NCBI GenBank assembly: GCA_051294375.1
Contig: CM119267.1
Span: 18,020,992-18,084,991, forward strand
DNA length: 64,000 nt
From: Paraspadella gotoi
Taxonomy: Eukaryota; Animalia; Chaetognatha
Direction of reading: 5' to 3'
The translations under genes were made by a program, and so were the position numbers. Below are positions 43,015 to 54,660 of this stretch, piece after piece. The notes beneath the pieces were generated by a model. It was not told the origin of the DNA. It did no database searches and worked only from the letters and a program-made list of their open reading frames with translations. Every line of letters begins with the position of its first letter. Position 1 is the first letter of the stretch.

Positions 43015-45483
43015 CCACACCCTTAGGCCTACGCGAACTGCACCAACTCATTGCTACTTACCGACTTCTGCCTCAGATTTCCGGCGCGTATCGTCGCTCT
43101 CGTCTGCATTATGCTGACCTCTTTCGTGAGTTAAATATGAGCGTTACAATCTGGGTTGGCAAAAACCCAGCCCACCGGGATTTTTGGTTTTTTTGGGGTT
43201 TTTTTTAATTCTTTTTAAGATATAAATTTAAAGTGTATATACTTCTTAAGTGATTATATTATATTTTATTATAAAAATATACTAATTATATTTAATAATG
43301 TTAATTAATTAATATTAATATTAATTAATATTTTTTATGGTAAACAAAAATCTAATAAATATAAAGATATATAGATGGAAAAGGCCTTATGCCAAAATAG
43401 CTTGTCCAGAATCAGGGGCAAGATGGTTAATTATACGAATGGATTCTTTTTATAATGGCTTTACCAATTTTTTAATAGAAGTTTTTAATAATCTTGAACA
43501 AATTGGTTAACTTGTGCTAAATATTTCAATATATAATTATATTGAAATTAAATTTTTTTTATAAATAGCTTTAAAGGAACCCTAACCTTGTGTTAAATAA
43601 TAACGAGAGAATATCAATCATTTTTAATATGTAGTTCTTAACCTTATTTGCGATACTGATAGATATTGATATTAAACATGGAAAACATAGGTTTAGGGTT
43701 ATTTTTTATCATTAAAATTTTTGCTTCAACAATTTATTGTTTAATATTAAAAAATTATGTAATTTTAAAAAAAAAACTTTAGTGGTTTTTTTAGCTGGGT
43801 TTTTTTTTGGCGGGTTTTTTAATGCCAACCCTGGTTACAATACTTTCGTTTAGCCGAAGTAAATCAGACCAACTCATATCAGATAATTTTTTGTTATCGG
43901 AGCCTTTTCGGCCGATATCACGGAGACACGAGTGCAAGTGTTGCCTTCGTGTTTCGTAACGAGATAAGGGCTTGTCTCAACGTGGCCGGCGAGGAATGAC
44001 TCGAGAATTAGTTGCTAGATTTCAAGAAAATTTTCTTTAATCAGGAACTCAAACTGAATTTTCCGATGGATGGGGATTGGCAGGAGTTGTTGTCACCGGG
44101 ATTTACGCAAGAAACTCTGACCGATTTGTGCAGGTTCGCGCTGGTTTCGGTTTAAGTATCAAGCGATAAAGACGTGTATTTCTCGACGAATTTTCTCTTA
44201 TTTAAGTTTTTATTTATTCTTGTTGCGTCTACAGCATACAATTGTATGCAATAATATGTAATTGTACTCATTTCTAATAAAAACGAACGAATTCTTTTTA
44301 AATTTAATAATAAATCGTTTTCTTTACATTTTCTTCGTCAGGGAGTTCGGCGACATTCTTTCCCGGGCTCCGACCAAGTTTCGTCGCCCCATCGACGGTC
44401 CTATTCGCAATCCGACCTCGGCGACTCCGGCGCCCTCCTTTCCCTCCCACATCCGCCTGCCCTCGCCCGTCACCGCGCCGCTCGTCGCAGCGCATCCCGT
44501 TGTTCTTAGCGGCGGCGCTCACGCCATCGTCAGCGCCTCTGGCGTCACCCAACTCCCGGTCATTCTTTGTTCGTCGGAGAAAGAACAGCTCAATCCCCGG
44601 CGTCGTCTGATTTCGTCTTTGGCGCCGAACCGCAAATCCGCAACGAACTTGGTCGCCGTCGATGCCAACGCCTCCTACGTGCCGGTAGTCGTGTCCCGAC
44701 AGGATCTCGCTGCCGAATCGAAACGGGAATCCCGAAAGAGGGCGTCTACGGGACAATTGCAACTCGCTCATCACCGTCAAATGTTGTCGCATCATCAGAT
44801 GATTCTAGAACAAACACAACGAGATTACTGCGACGAGAAGAGACAAAAACTAGCGGCGGCGGCGGTAGCGGCGGCGGCGACCAACACACTGTCGCAGTTT
44901 CGGCCGGCGATGAGCGGCGTCTCGGTTTCCTCGTCGGCAACCGCCCTTCTCGATGCCGCTTCCCTGTTTCCGCTGGCCGAAACGACAACGAAGACTTTCG
45001 ATGCGAACCCGAAACTCTCCCAATGTGCTTTCAACGATTTGTCCAATGCCATAATACCGCCTGCTTGGTCTCAAGGTAAGATCATAATTAATTTTTATTT
45101 TATTTTTTAATCTATCGTTGACTTATTAATATCTCTCCTCAGTCCCGACACCATCTTCGCGAAACCTGAGACTCTTAACGACTTCGAAACCCGTGGAAAA
45201 TACGCATCGATTCCCCAACTCGGCCATCTCCCACTCCACCGGCGTCTCGTCGATTCAATTGGTGAGGGGTCACGCCGGCGTCATCGTCGAGAACCTCACG
45301 ACGCTCGAGTCCGAGTCTCAACAGCCTCTTCGTCAGCCAGCATCGTTGACGTCGACGCAGTCGGCGGTGTCCTTGGACTCGGCTCTCTTTCAAGCCCTCG
45401 GCCCTCAATATTCGGCGCCAGCGGTGTCAGGGGAACTGCAGGGTGTCGTCGGAGCCCCCCAGATCTTTCACTACGCGCCTTGA
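41040..45483 (+). CDS. Cyclin T-like protein (divergent), 8 exons
   Basis: NRWIFAQERL, FIQEMGDKLQLKPLAINTAIVYMRRF, LAAACIFLSAKVEEQPRKL, ENVLLQVLGFDIAVDHAHPYVV, AYANCTNSLLLTDFCL: two cyclin boxes of the CCNT type, then a low-complexity tail. Confidence 0.82.
42008..42052 (+). ncRNA. Degenerate PLE-type hammerhead motif in cyclin T intron 2
   Basis: ucg-CAGAAGA-A-[GACUCUU aaua AAGAGUU]-GAAAC-UUGUC-cga. Core U4 is replaced by A; 7-bp stem II; 3-bp stem I. Confidence 0.6.
43151..43833. mobile_element. Non-autonomous hAT element (MITE) in cyclin T intron
   Basis: 8-bp TSD GTTACAAT at 43143-43150 and 43834-43841. 11-bp TIRs CTGGGTTGGCA / TGCCAACCCTG (1 mismatch). Subterminal AAAAACCC/GGGTTTTT motifs; AT-rich non-coding interior. 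Confidence 0.85.
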
Positions 45484-46368
45484 GAAACGAGAGTGAAAAA
45501 TATCGAAAATTGTCTGACATTGGACTTCGGTTAGCGGGGCGATCTGACCGTCGACTTAAGACACTTAATTTTTTTTCCTCCCTGAGTTGTTCTTATAACT
45601 TCGAAGCAGACGTAGACTTAGTGTTTGTATTAGGCTGTTCCCCCAGCTCCTCAACCCCAGGGTTTATCAATCCAAAACAATAACAAGGTCTCCTTTCTCC
45701 CGCGCTTTAACTTCGAGATTGCAGTTTTTCCCTACGTTAGATCCTCACCCTAATTATATTTGCCGAGAAATGTTTCTCAGAGAATACTGGTTACAAATAT
45801 AGGTCGGCAACGTTACTATTACGTGTGGGTTTTTTGTTTGTTTTTTTTTTTTTCATTTACTTTTTAGCGCTTAGTTTTCATGCATTTTTTTATTCTTTTA
45901 TTTAATCTTTATAAGTTACTCGTCGGAAACAGTCATCCTCATCACCCCCCCCCCACAGACTGATGATAATGTTACTATTCTTTTTACCATTATTGCCTAT
46001 TTAAAAAGTGCAAACAAACAAAAAAAAAATTCTAGTCGCCATTGTTCCCGTTAGTTAGGCGTTGGATTCGTTCTTAAAATGTCCTACATAACGCGAAAAA
46101 AAAATTGTGTAATTCTCCGAGCTTTTCTGTGATATAGTCTTCGCGTTGTTCTAGATGTAATTTCTCTCACTTGTCTGTTTTTTATTTCGCTAAGTAACCA
46201 CGAATGTTCCTCACTGACTTGATTTTTACTTTATTTTCAATCTCGTCCTGCGTAAGCCTTGCCAAACAAAAAAGGGTTAACCGATTCACTCTTTGACTGT
46301 CTCTCTTTCTCGATGACAGATATTTTCTCGCCTTTGGTTTTTGAAACATTCGAACATAAAAACTCACG

Positions 46369-47560
46369 ATGACGGAAGTTTGGAAATCTTTGGGAAGAAA
46401 ATACTGTGAGTTCTGCGACTGTTGGTTCGCCGATAACAAAGTGAGTACCGCAGTTTACCACAAAAAAAAAAAGCAGTTGGTGTTTCCCCGTCGACTCTAC
46501 TATTCGATCTCTATTCATCTCTTAGGTTAGTATTAGTTTTCACGAAAACGGCAAGCGACACAAGGAATCGGTGGAGAGAAAGGTTCAAGAAATCGCCAAG
46601 AAGGGAACGGAGCGGGAACGAGCGTTGAAGAATGAAAAAAATTTTTTGGAGGCGATGGAAAAAGGCGCCGCCAAGGCCGTGCAGCGTGATATTAAGGCGA
46701 ATCCGAGGTGAGAAGACTAATCTGTCATTGCGACATTGGACTCGATAATTTTCTTTTTCATGTCATTTAAAAACTAGAATGATAAACAACTATTTCGGCG
46801 ACGACGTTCCGATTCCCGAAGAGTCCGACTGTGCCGCTCCTCCGCTCCAATACCCGTCTGAACCCGAAGGCGATGATGGTGCTCCGCCTATGCAAGGACC
46901 TTCTCTGCCGCCCGCCCCCAAGAAACTTAAGAAAGAGGAGGAAGAGGAAAAACCTGTCGCGCCCAAACTCAAACCTAACAAAGTTTGGCAAGAGGTTCAA
47001 TCTCCCGAGGGCTACAGTTACTACTGGAACGTGGAAACAGGTCAAGTGACTTGGACGGCGCCGCCAGGCGGTTACGTTTCATTGTTGGAGCAAGCCGCCT
47101 CTACCCCTGGCGTCGTATTGTACGACGACCCCAACGCCGAAGAGACAACCGTGGAGACGCCTGAACTTTCTCAGTCACAGACTGGCGCCGGCTTGGTTCA
47201 TAAGAAGAGTTGGAAGGAGCGAGCTTACGGAGGGTGGAGTAAAGTAAAAAAGAGGTAATTTTTTTATCCCTAAACTTCCCGGTTTGTATAACATTATTTT
47301 ACTTTTTATTTTCTAGTGAAGTTCAGTCGGTTGACCTTCAACTTCCTCAAGCTACAATAGACGCCAACGCCGAGCGAGATCGTCTCGCCGCCGAAGCCGC
47401 TTCAGCCAGCGCCGATGCCAAAGCTATTCAGTTCAAAACAAAAACGGTGGGGTCACTGACTTCGGCTCCGTCGTCCTCCAGAGGTCCCGCCGCCATCACC
47501 TTTAAAAAGAGAAAGATCACATCGGGAGCCAACAGCCGAACGAGAGGGGACGACAGTTGA
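46369..47560 (+). CDS. WBP4: WW domain-binding protein 4 (FBP21), 4 exons
   Basis: MTEVWKSLGRKYCEFCDCWFADNKVSISFHENGKRHKE (U1/matrin zinc finger), WW domain WQEVQSPEGYSYYWNVETGQVTWTAP, AYGGW, VDLQLP, FKKRK. Confidence 0.88.
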
Positions 47561-47792
47561 CTCAAAATGTACACTTGCTTATTCCTGGTTGTTAATGTTA
47601 TTCGTTTAAATTTAATTATTTTTAGTTTCGATTTTCAACGCAGCTGATAGAATGTATGTCCAACCTCTTCAATTACTAATATAACCCCCCAATCCTTTTT
47701 TATTTTACTTCCTATCCAGCTCCCGTTTCGAATTCTCAATTTTATTTTAACTTATGTTGTTTTTATTTGTACCTAATTTCGACTCTTTCCCG

Positions 47793-49497
47793 ATGGCTTT
47801 TTTGTGCCGACTGTTCTTCATCCCATCTGTTCACCCTCGTCCTCGTTCCCCGTCAACAGGGGGACCACTTTTCCGCGGACTCGTTGCTCTCAGTATCGTT
47901 GCTTTCTTCAAGACTTCGCCTTCAGTGGCTTCCTTGGACGAAACTCTTGAGGCGCTTGAGGGGTGAGAGAAACTTTTTCAAACGGGACCTTTCCCAACTT
48001 TTATTATTATTCTTGACGGTTCCAGGATGACGGCCGTAAATCAATTGACCCGAGGTCTCTGCCTCACTCATAACTGCCTCCGGGTTCACCGACCCGACGA
48101 CCTTACCAACTTTTATATATCCAAGTTCGGAATGCGACTCTTGGGAAACCTTACGACCGAATCCGGAGAGAAATGGACCTATCTTGGGTTCGCCGAGAGT
48201 CCCGGTAAAAAAAAAAAGCTTTGCCTTTAACAGGGTCCGTGGGGCATTGGGCGCTTAATTCTAAATCACCTTATTTCAAATCTCAAATCAGGCATTTTGT
48301 GGAATCCGACATCCGCGTATTTGGAGTTGCGGTACAACCCAAACGCACTTGATCGTGAACCGTACGCGGCGTCGAAAAATGACGTAAATTTATTTTCTGA
48401 AAACCGGACCCTATCCCTGTCTAACGTCGATTATCCTTTTGTCGAAGCCAGGTTTACTGGAAAATCGGCGTGACGACGCCGGACGTAAACGAAGCGGCGT
48501 CTCGCCTTCGTGACGGCGAGGTCGTCGTCGCCAACGGGCGTCAGTTGGAAGACATCGGTTTCTTAACAAATCTCTCCGACCCCGAGGGTTTTTCCATAGA
48601 ATTACTTCAGCACGACTTTGAAAAGAATTTTAAGTAGGTAGTAAACCGTTTAAAGGTATTTGTTATTGATAAATACGGAATTAGGTTTGTTCCGTATATT
48701 AAATTTTAGGTAACTTTAAAGAAGAGCAATAAAAGTGAATATAAAAAGTTATTGAAATGTAAAATCCACATTTTTGACTCCGACAAAACAAAGTGTAAAT
48801 AGCATTTCGCTTTTAGGAGATTAACTTTTCGTCGAGGTTATCATATGCTTTTCTTAATTCATGTAATTATCGGTTTTAATGATTAATAAATTTATCAAAT
48901 TTACACAAAAGCTAGATTGCCGTTCACCGTTCACAAACTTTAACTAATAAAAATTATTCTCTTCTTATCCTACCTGACCTCTCCTCCCCTCTCTCACCCA
49001 CCCCCCTACCCCCCCAAACAGTCGATCCACTCCTTCCTCTTCGCTCTCCCTCGGATTTCCCCTCACCCTCGGCCAAATCACTCTCCGCGTGGCAGAAGCC
49101 GAGGCCAGTCTCCAGTTCTATTGCGATCGACTGGGAATGAGGCTTCTCTCGCGACAGAGAGTCCCGAATCTCGGTTTCACGCTTTACTTTCTTGCTTGGA
49201 CCGACGAGGAACCGCCGAATCAGGTAAACCGTAAAGGAATAAAATATAGTTATTTAATTTTGTTTTAAGTAGTAATTTATTATTTAAATAGGAGCGGCCA
49301 TATGATAATGTTTTCTTTTTAAACATTTGTAAAAAAGGACGTGGATGCAGTTGAAAATCGCGAATGGTTGTGGAAACGTCCCTACACGACCCTGGAACTT
49401 CAGCATGGGTCAGTCCGTCCGCGATACAATGCCCCGGAGGACCACGAGGCCGGATTCATGGGCCTCAGGGCTCATTCATCCAAGTGAGCGGGAATTC

Positions 49498-49549
<52 letters not shown>

Positions 49550-50126
49550 CGCGAATGTGAGAATGAATGGTGTAGAAATCGGCCACAAAAGGTTTCGAAC
49601 GGTCGAGTCGAAATCGAGGCTCGCGGTCGCATATACAAAAGCGACGGTCGAGGGTAAAAAACGTGGGTCTCTCGCCGTCGAAGATAAACAATAGCTGAAT
49701 GTTGGGGACGAGGAAGAGGAGGAAAAGGCGGACGCCAGTGAGGATAAGGGGCTGGTGAACAGGGAGGAAAAAGTAAGTCGATTCGAACGATGGACGCGAA
49801 ACGTTTGATGAAAAGAGACGAAGACGAAACCAGATCGCAGATGTAGCTGTCGATCCCTCGTGTCGATCCCTCGTGTCTCCAAACAATTACAAGGGGGGCG
49901 GAAGAGAGAGAGAGAAAGGACTCGTTTCTTTTTCGAAGCCAGCATCTGAAAACTAATTCATTTTTCACGTTTTTCTCCCAGCGTTCGTCAATTGTCCTCC
50001 TACTTCGAATCACTCGGGTTGACGATCGAGAACCGAATTTCGGACCACGATCCTTTTAGTCTTCCTGCCTTCACCGTTCGCGATCCGGACGGAGTTCCTA
50101 TTACTTTTAATCAAATTGCCCTCTGA
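47793..50126 (+). CDS. Two-domain VOC/glyoxalase I-like (lactoylglutathione lyase-like) protein, ~8 exons
   Basis: THNCLRV..FYISKFGMRLL, LSDPEGFSIELLQ, GQITLRVAEAEASLQFYCDRLGMRLL..FTLYFLA, ENREWLWKRPYTTLELQH, VRDPDGVPI. Confidence 0.8.
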
Positions 50127-50782
50127 TTGACTTTTTTAAATGGATTGAAGTATTTTTATTATTTTTTTACTCGCACGTGAATTAAAAAAAAATTGATTAC
50201 AATCTCTTCGACTTTCAATGAAAATAAACGGACTTGGATTGTAACGACCATTTAGTATTTACAATTTTACTTTTCATTTATATTAATAATTTAATCGATT
50301 GTTTTAATCTGATGGGCGTCTTTTGGTTCACAATCCGCTATTCGAATCGGGTTTTTATGTGTTATTTTGACATTTATATTTTTTATCGCTTTGCGTTTGC
50401 GACGATTTTGCTGTGGTTTTGCACATAAGTGTCGTCGTTGTTGTTTTCGTCGGCGTTCCAATTTATGGATCGCCTTTTTTATGATTAAATTTGGGTGTCT
50501 GAAGCTGAAAATTTATATACAGCTTCTCATCATCGATGTGCTTAAAATTGAGTCAGGACAGTTATTAAATGTTTTGTTTACATTTTATCAAAACAAAGAA
50601 AAAATTTTCTTTTATTTTTATATTTCTTTCTCTCTCTCTTTTCTCTTTTAATTATATGTCTCTCTCTCCCTCTCTTTTCCCTAGTCACTGATAGGGAAAA
50701 AACGAGTCTGCAGCTGGCTCTGCAGGGGCTTATTCTTTTTCTCTTTTCTCCTCCTGCTTCTGCTGCTGCCTTTTGATTTCTT

Positions 50783-50813
<31 letters not shown>

Positions 50814-51424
50814 GCGTTTTTATTAAAAAAAATTTGAAATAGGATTGAACTCGTAAAATTAGGCATCGCATTCGTGTATATTATCATTTTGTATCGCAAC
50901 ATCGGGTTTTTTATTTCGTTTTTTTTTCTCAGGATAGGGTAGTCTGGTGATTTTTTATTTTTATTAAGAAAATTTTTTTTCACATCTTGTCATGTAGCTT
51001 TCATATGATACCTCACATGATGCATTAAAATTATTTTATGATAGCATTATGACATAATCAGTCATAACTATTATATTAGTGAATATTATGCTTTTAAATT
51101 ACAGTTATAGATGGGTCTTCTGTAGCTCTACAAAATATATGAGTTTCGATCATTTCAAAAATTTTATAACAAAATTCAATTATCATTTATACCTTAAATA
51201 TGAAAAGAATTGGATTGATTTTTTAACCATAAAATAGCCAAAGCATACTTTATCTGTTGGTGGTCTTAAAAATTTAAATTAAAATAAGCATAATCTCATT
51301 TGCATATTTTGATATTTTTTTACCTTTCCAAATTTCTTATTACTAGGTAAGTATTTTTTTATTGTTTTAAGTGCATAACAAATTACTTGATAAGCTTTAA
51401 ATTAAGCTTATTTTAGAGAATTTA

Positions 51425-51666
51425 CTAGTAACCTGACGACATCAAGCGACGGAAGTTCGGTTCTGAAGAGACAGTAATTATTGATAAGTGTTAATGACAG
51501 AACCGTTCAATATAAGCAGTCCCTGAGCTTCGGATCAGGCTGTAACACCATGTTACAGGCGGGTTAAGCGCCCCGTCCCTCTTAACTGCCAGACCACCAC
51601 CGGGCTAGAACCCCGGACCTTTGGGTTGGGAGGCGAATGACTTGCCTCCGGCACCAATGGCCGCTG
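51425..51666 (-). mobile_element. tRNA(Gly-CCC)-like-headed SINE candidate
   Basis: Minus strand GCGGCCATTGGTGCCGGAGGCAAGTCATTCGCCTCCCAACCCAAAGGTCCGGGGTTCTAGCCCGG has A/B-box-like motifs and a CCC anticodon-like loop but a broken anticodon stem. It is followed by a GC-rich body with hairpins. Confidence 0.5.
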
Positions 51667-52325
51667 ATGAACGGTTGGTGGATTTTAGTCCACCATACAT
51701 CCCCCCTCCCGTAGGGAGAAGTCTGATGCGTCTCTACAGTGAATTGTTGTTGTTGGTGGAAAGTTCATCACCAAGTTGAGGCATGTCGCCTGATGTGTTG
51801 TGGGCGGTAAGTGCATCGCCAGGTTGAGGCATGTTGCCTGAAAGTTGTTGTTGCTGTTGTGTTCGGAAGTTGGGCTCACCAATGAAGAGACAGTGTTTTT
51901 TATCTCGGACGCTTAACGCCAGACTTCCCTACTCAGGGGCTGCGTCTGCAGATTAGTAGAGTGGAGCATTTGGGAACATAAATTTTATTTGAGTGAACAA
52001 ACAAGGATTTTTAGATGTGACATCGTATGATTAAGAAGTACAAAAAATATTTTGCTTATATTGTATTTATTATAATATTTCCTTAGATATATATCCTTAG
52101 AAAATTATTAAATTTTCAAAATAATTCTTTTTTTATTTTTTATTAAAGATTCTGATTCTTCATAAAAAGTTAGATCAAAAATATAAAATGTTATTAAAAA
52201 TTTTAATGCTTTCAGTATCAAAAATTGAAAAAAGGTTAAAATATCCCTTTTTTATGCTCTGTAGTAGAAACTATTATATGATGACACGTTTTAATTATTT
52301 TTCGCAGCTTTAACCTAAAAATTAA

Positions 52326-54660
52326 GGGGTGAACTAGGGCAAATATTTTTTTTAAATAGGTATTAGACAATTTTTTGGTTTACTTGGTAGTTAACTGAAT
52401 AAAAGTAGGCAATTTTTAATTGAGGAAAGGATCTTTAAAACTAAGATATAACTGATAAACTTATGATCTAATTTGTTAAGATTTAAAAGGGAAATGTTAT
52501 CTTTAATAATTTGAAGCCACATAATATTAAATTAAATATTGTAATCTAATTGTATTCTATTGTAGTCTAACCTTGTATTGTATAGATGTTCCCTTTATTT
52601 CCAGAAGAAAACACTGACCTCCCCCTCCCAAAATGAGCTACAGATATAATAAGCAAATAATATTTTTAAAAGGTAATATATAAATAAAATATAAAAATAT
52701 AAGATAGTGAAAAAAGTAATTTTGCAAATTTTTATATAAAATTAAAAAAATAACAAAATAGTATAGACTAGTAACAAGGTACGCTACAATAGGATATTTT
52801 TTGGTATTAATTTTTAAACAATCTTTATCAAATATAAAACTTTAATTTGCTCAACATTGAAATTCAGTTTTAGCCCAAATATTTTTAATAAAAGATATAA
52901 TAATTTATAAAAAAAAATTAATAGCTAAGAATATGTTTGGTATTTGGTTTTTGGTAACAGGGGTTGGAGTCTATTATATAATTATTTTTAATTAAGATAA
53001 ACATTTTTCAGTATGTTCAAGAATGTCATTTTTTACTTTGTTAATAATAAAAAAATAGGAGAATTTTTTTTATTTGAAAATCATATCCATAGGATATTTA
53101 CTTTCCATATCGAGCTCGAATTTTTTAATATAATCAGCTAGGGAGGTATTGAGTAATCCATATCATATTCTGCAAAGAATTTTAATGAGCTTTGATATTC
53201 TAAATAAGATACAAAACAGTTTTGGGCGATTTGAGTCTTGTGTACATTTTTACATCATCTTTGATCAAGGTTTTAATCTTGTCAATCATATCAGGATACA
53301 ACTGAATACGTTACATTGCAAATATCTTTAAATGTATGCATCCTTATTGTTATTACTACTTTTTTTATTATCTGTTAATTTTTGTATTTATCAATGAATT
53401 AATCTTCTTTAATAATTTTATTGGTTCTGGGTCTTGTAGTAGCAAAGTAGTTTACATACTTATTGCTGATACTCATATTTCATGCCATCTGGGAAAAGTA
53501 ATTTTTGTGCTTAAAATATAATAATAAGAAATTGAAAATCTAGTTGATAACGAAATTAAAACAATAAAAGAAAATATATTGTTTTATTTATTTTTATATT
53601 TATATATTTTATATTTATATATTTTTATAAATATATAAATTTAGATATTTATTATTTATTATAATAAATGATATTATTATTTATATTATTTAATATAATA
53701 TTATTAATTTATTATTATTATTATTATTAATTATTATTATAATAAAGAAAAACATCGATTTGGGAAACGGTGCTAATTTTATTTAGACCATGCATTCAAA
53801 CCATTTAGCTGTTTCATTATTCAAGGCCAGAGAAATTGTGGTGAGGTAAAAAATTATTTACAAATAAGAGAAGGTGAGATGCATGGAAGCCAATCCTGGA
53901 CCACCTACATCCCGGACGAAGAACAAGAGGGGGATGAGGGATTAATCCCTTTTTGGTTGAAAGTTTCTCTCTCTCTCTCTCTTTCTCTCTCTCTGAGTCT
54001 CCTCCTCTTCCTCTCACCTTCTCTTATTTGTAAATAATTTTTTACCTCACCACAATTTCTCTGGCCTTGAATAATGAACCAGCTAAATGGTTTGAATGCA
54101 TGGTCTAAATAAAATTAGCACTGTTTCCCAAATCGATGTTTTTCTTTATCAAACTACTCGGTGCATGAGAGAGACTTAACAATCTATTATTATAATAATA
54201 ATTATTATTATAATAAATGATATTATTATTTATATTATTTAATATAATATTATTAATTTATTATTATTATTAATTATTATTATAATAATAATATTAATAA
54301 TTATTAATATATAATTATAATTATATTAAATATATTATAATATATTATATAATATATTATATTAAATAATAATAATATATAATAATAATTAATATATAAT
54401 TATTATTATTATAATTAATTAATAATATAATAATAAATAATTAATATTATTAATAAATTATTATATTATTTAATATAATATATATTCAATAAATAATATA
54501 TTATTATTATATTATATATTTATATATTTTTATATTTATAAGAAAAATATTTTCATTCAGAAATTGCTTATCTTAATTAAGAAAAATTATTTCTTTACCT
54601 AGGCAATTTCAATAACACTTTGCTCAGTTAATCAGGCAAAATATTACTTAAGTTCACCCC
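52326..54660. mobile_element. Non-autonomous TIR element, Kolobok-like termini, with nested Penelope-like insert
   Basis: ttaa|GGGGTGAACT ... AGTTCACCCC|ttac. Perfect 13-bp inverted match including flanks (52323-52335 / 54651-54663), with weak similarity continuing inward. Confidence 0.5.
53742..54149 (+). mobile_element. Penelope-like fold-back fragment
   Basis: 138-bp inverted repeat 53742-53879/54012-54149 (2 mismatches). Decayed GIY-YIG C-terminal-like peptides (ID/WETVLIL, KAREIV, DAWKPIL), a degenerate hammerhead at 53913-53967 and a (CT)n tract in the spacer. Confidence 0.65.

Noticed and set aside
51592-51664. Functional tRNA-Gly(CCC) gene
   Set aside because: Anticodon stem does not pair, the T-loop is altered and there is no oligo-T terminator; better explained as a SINE head.
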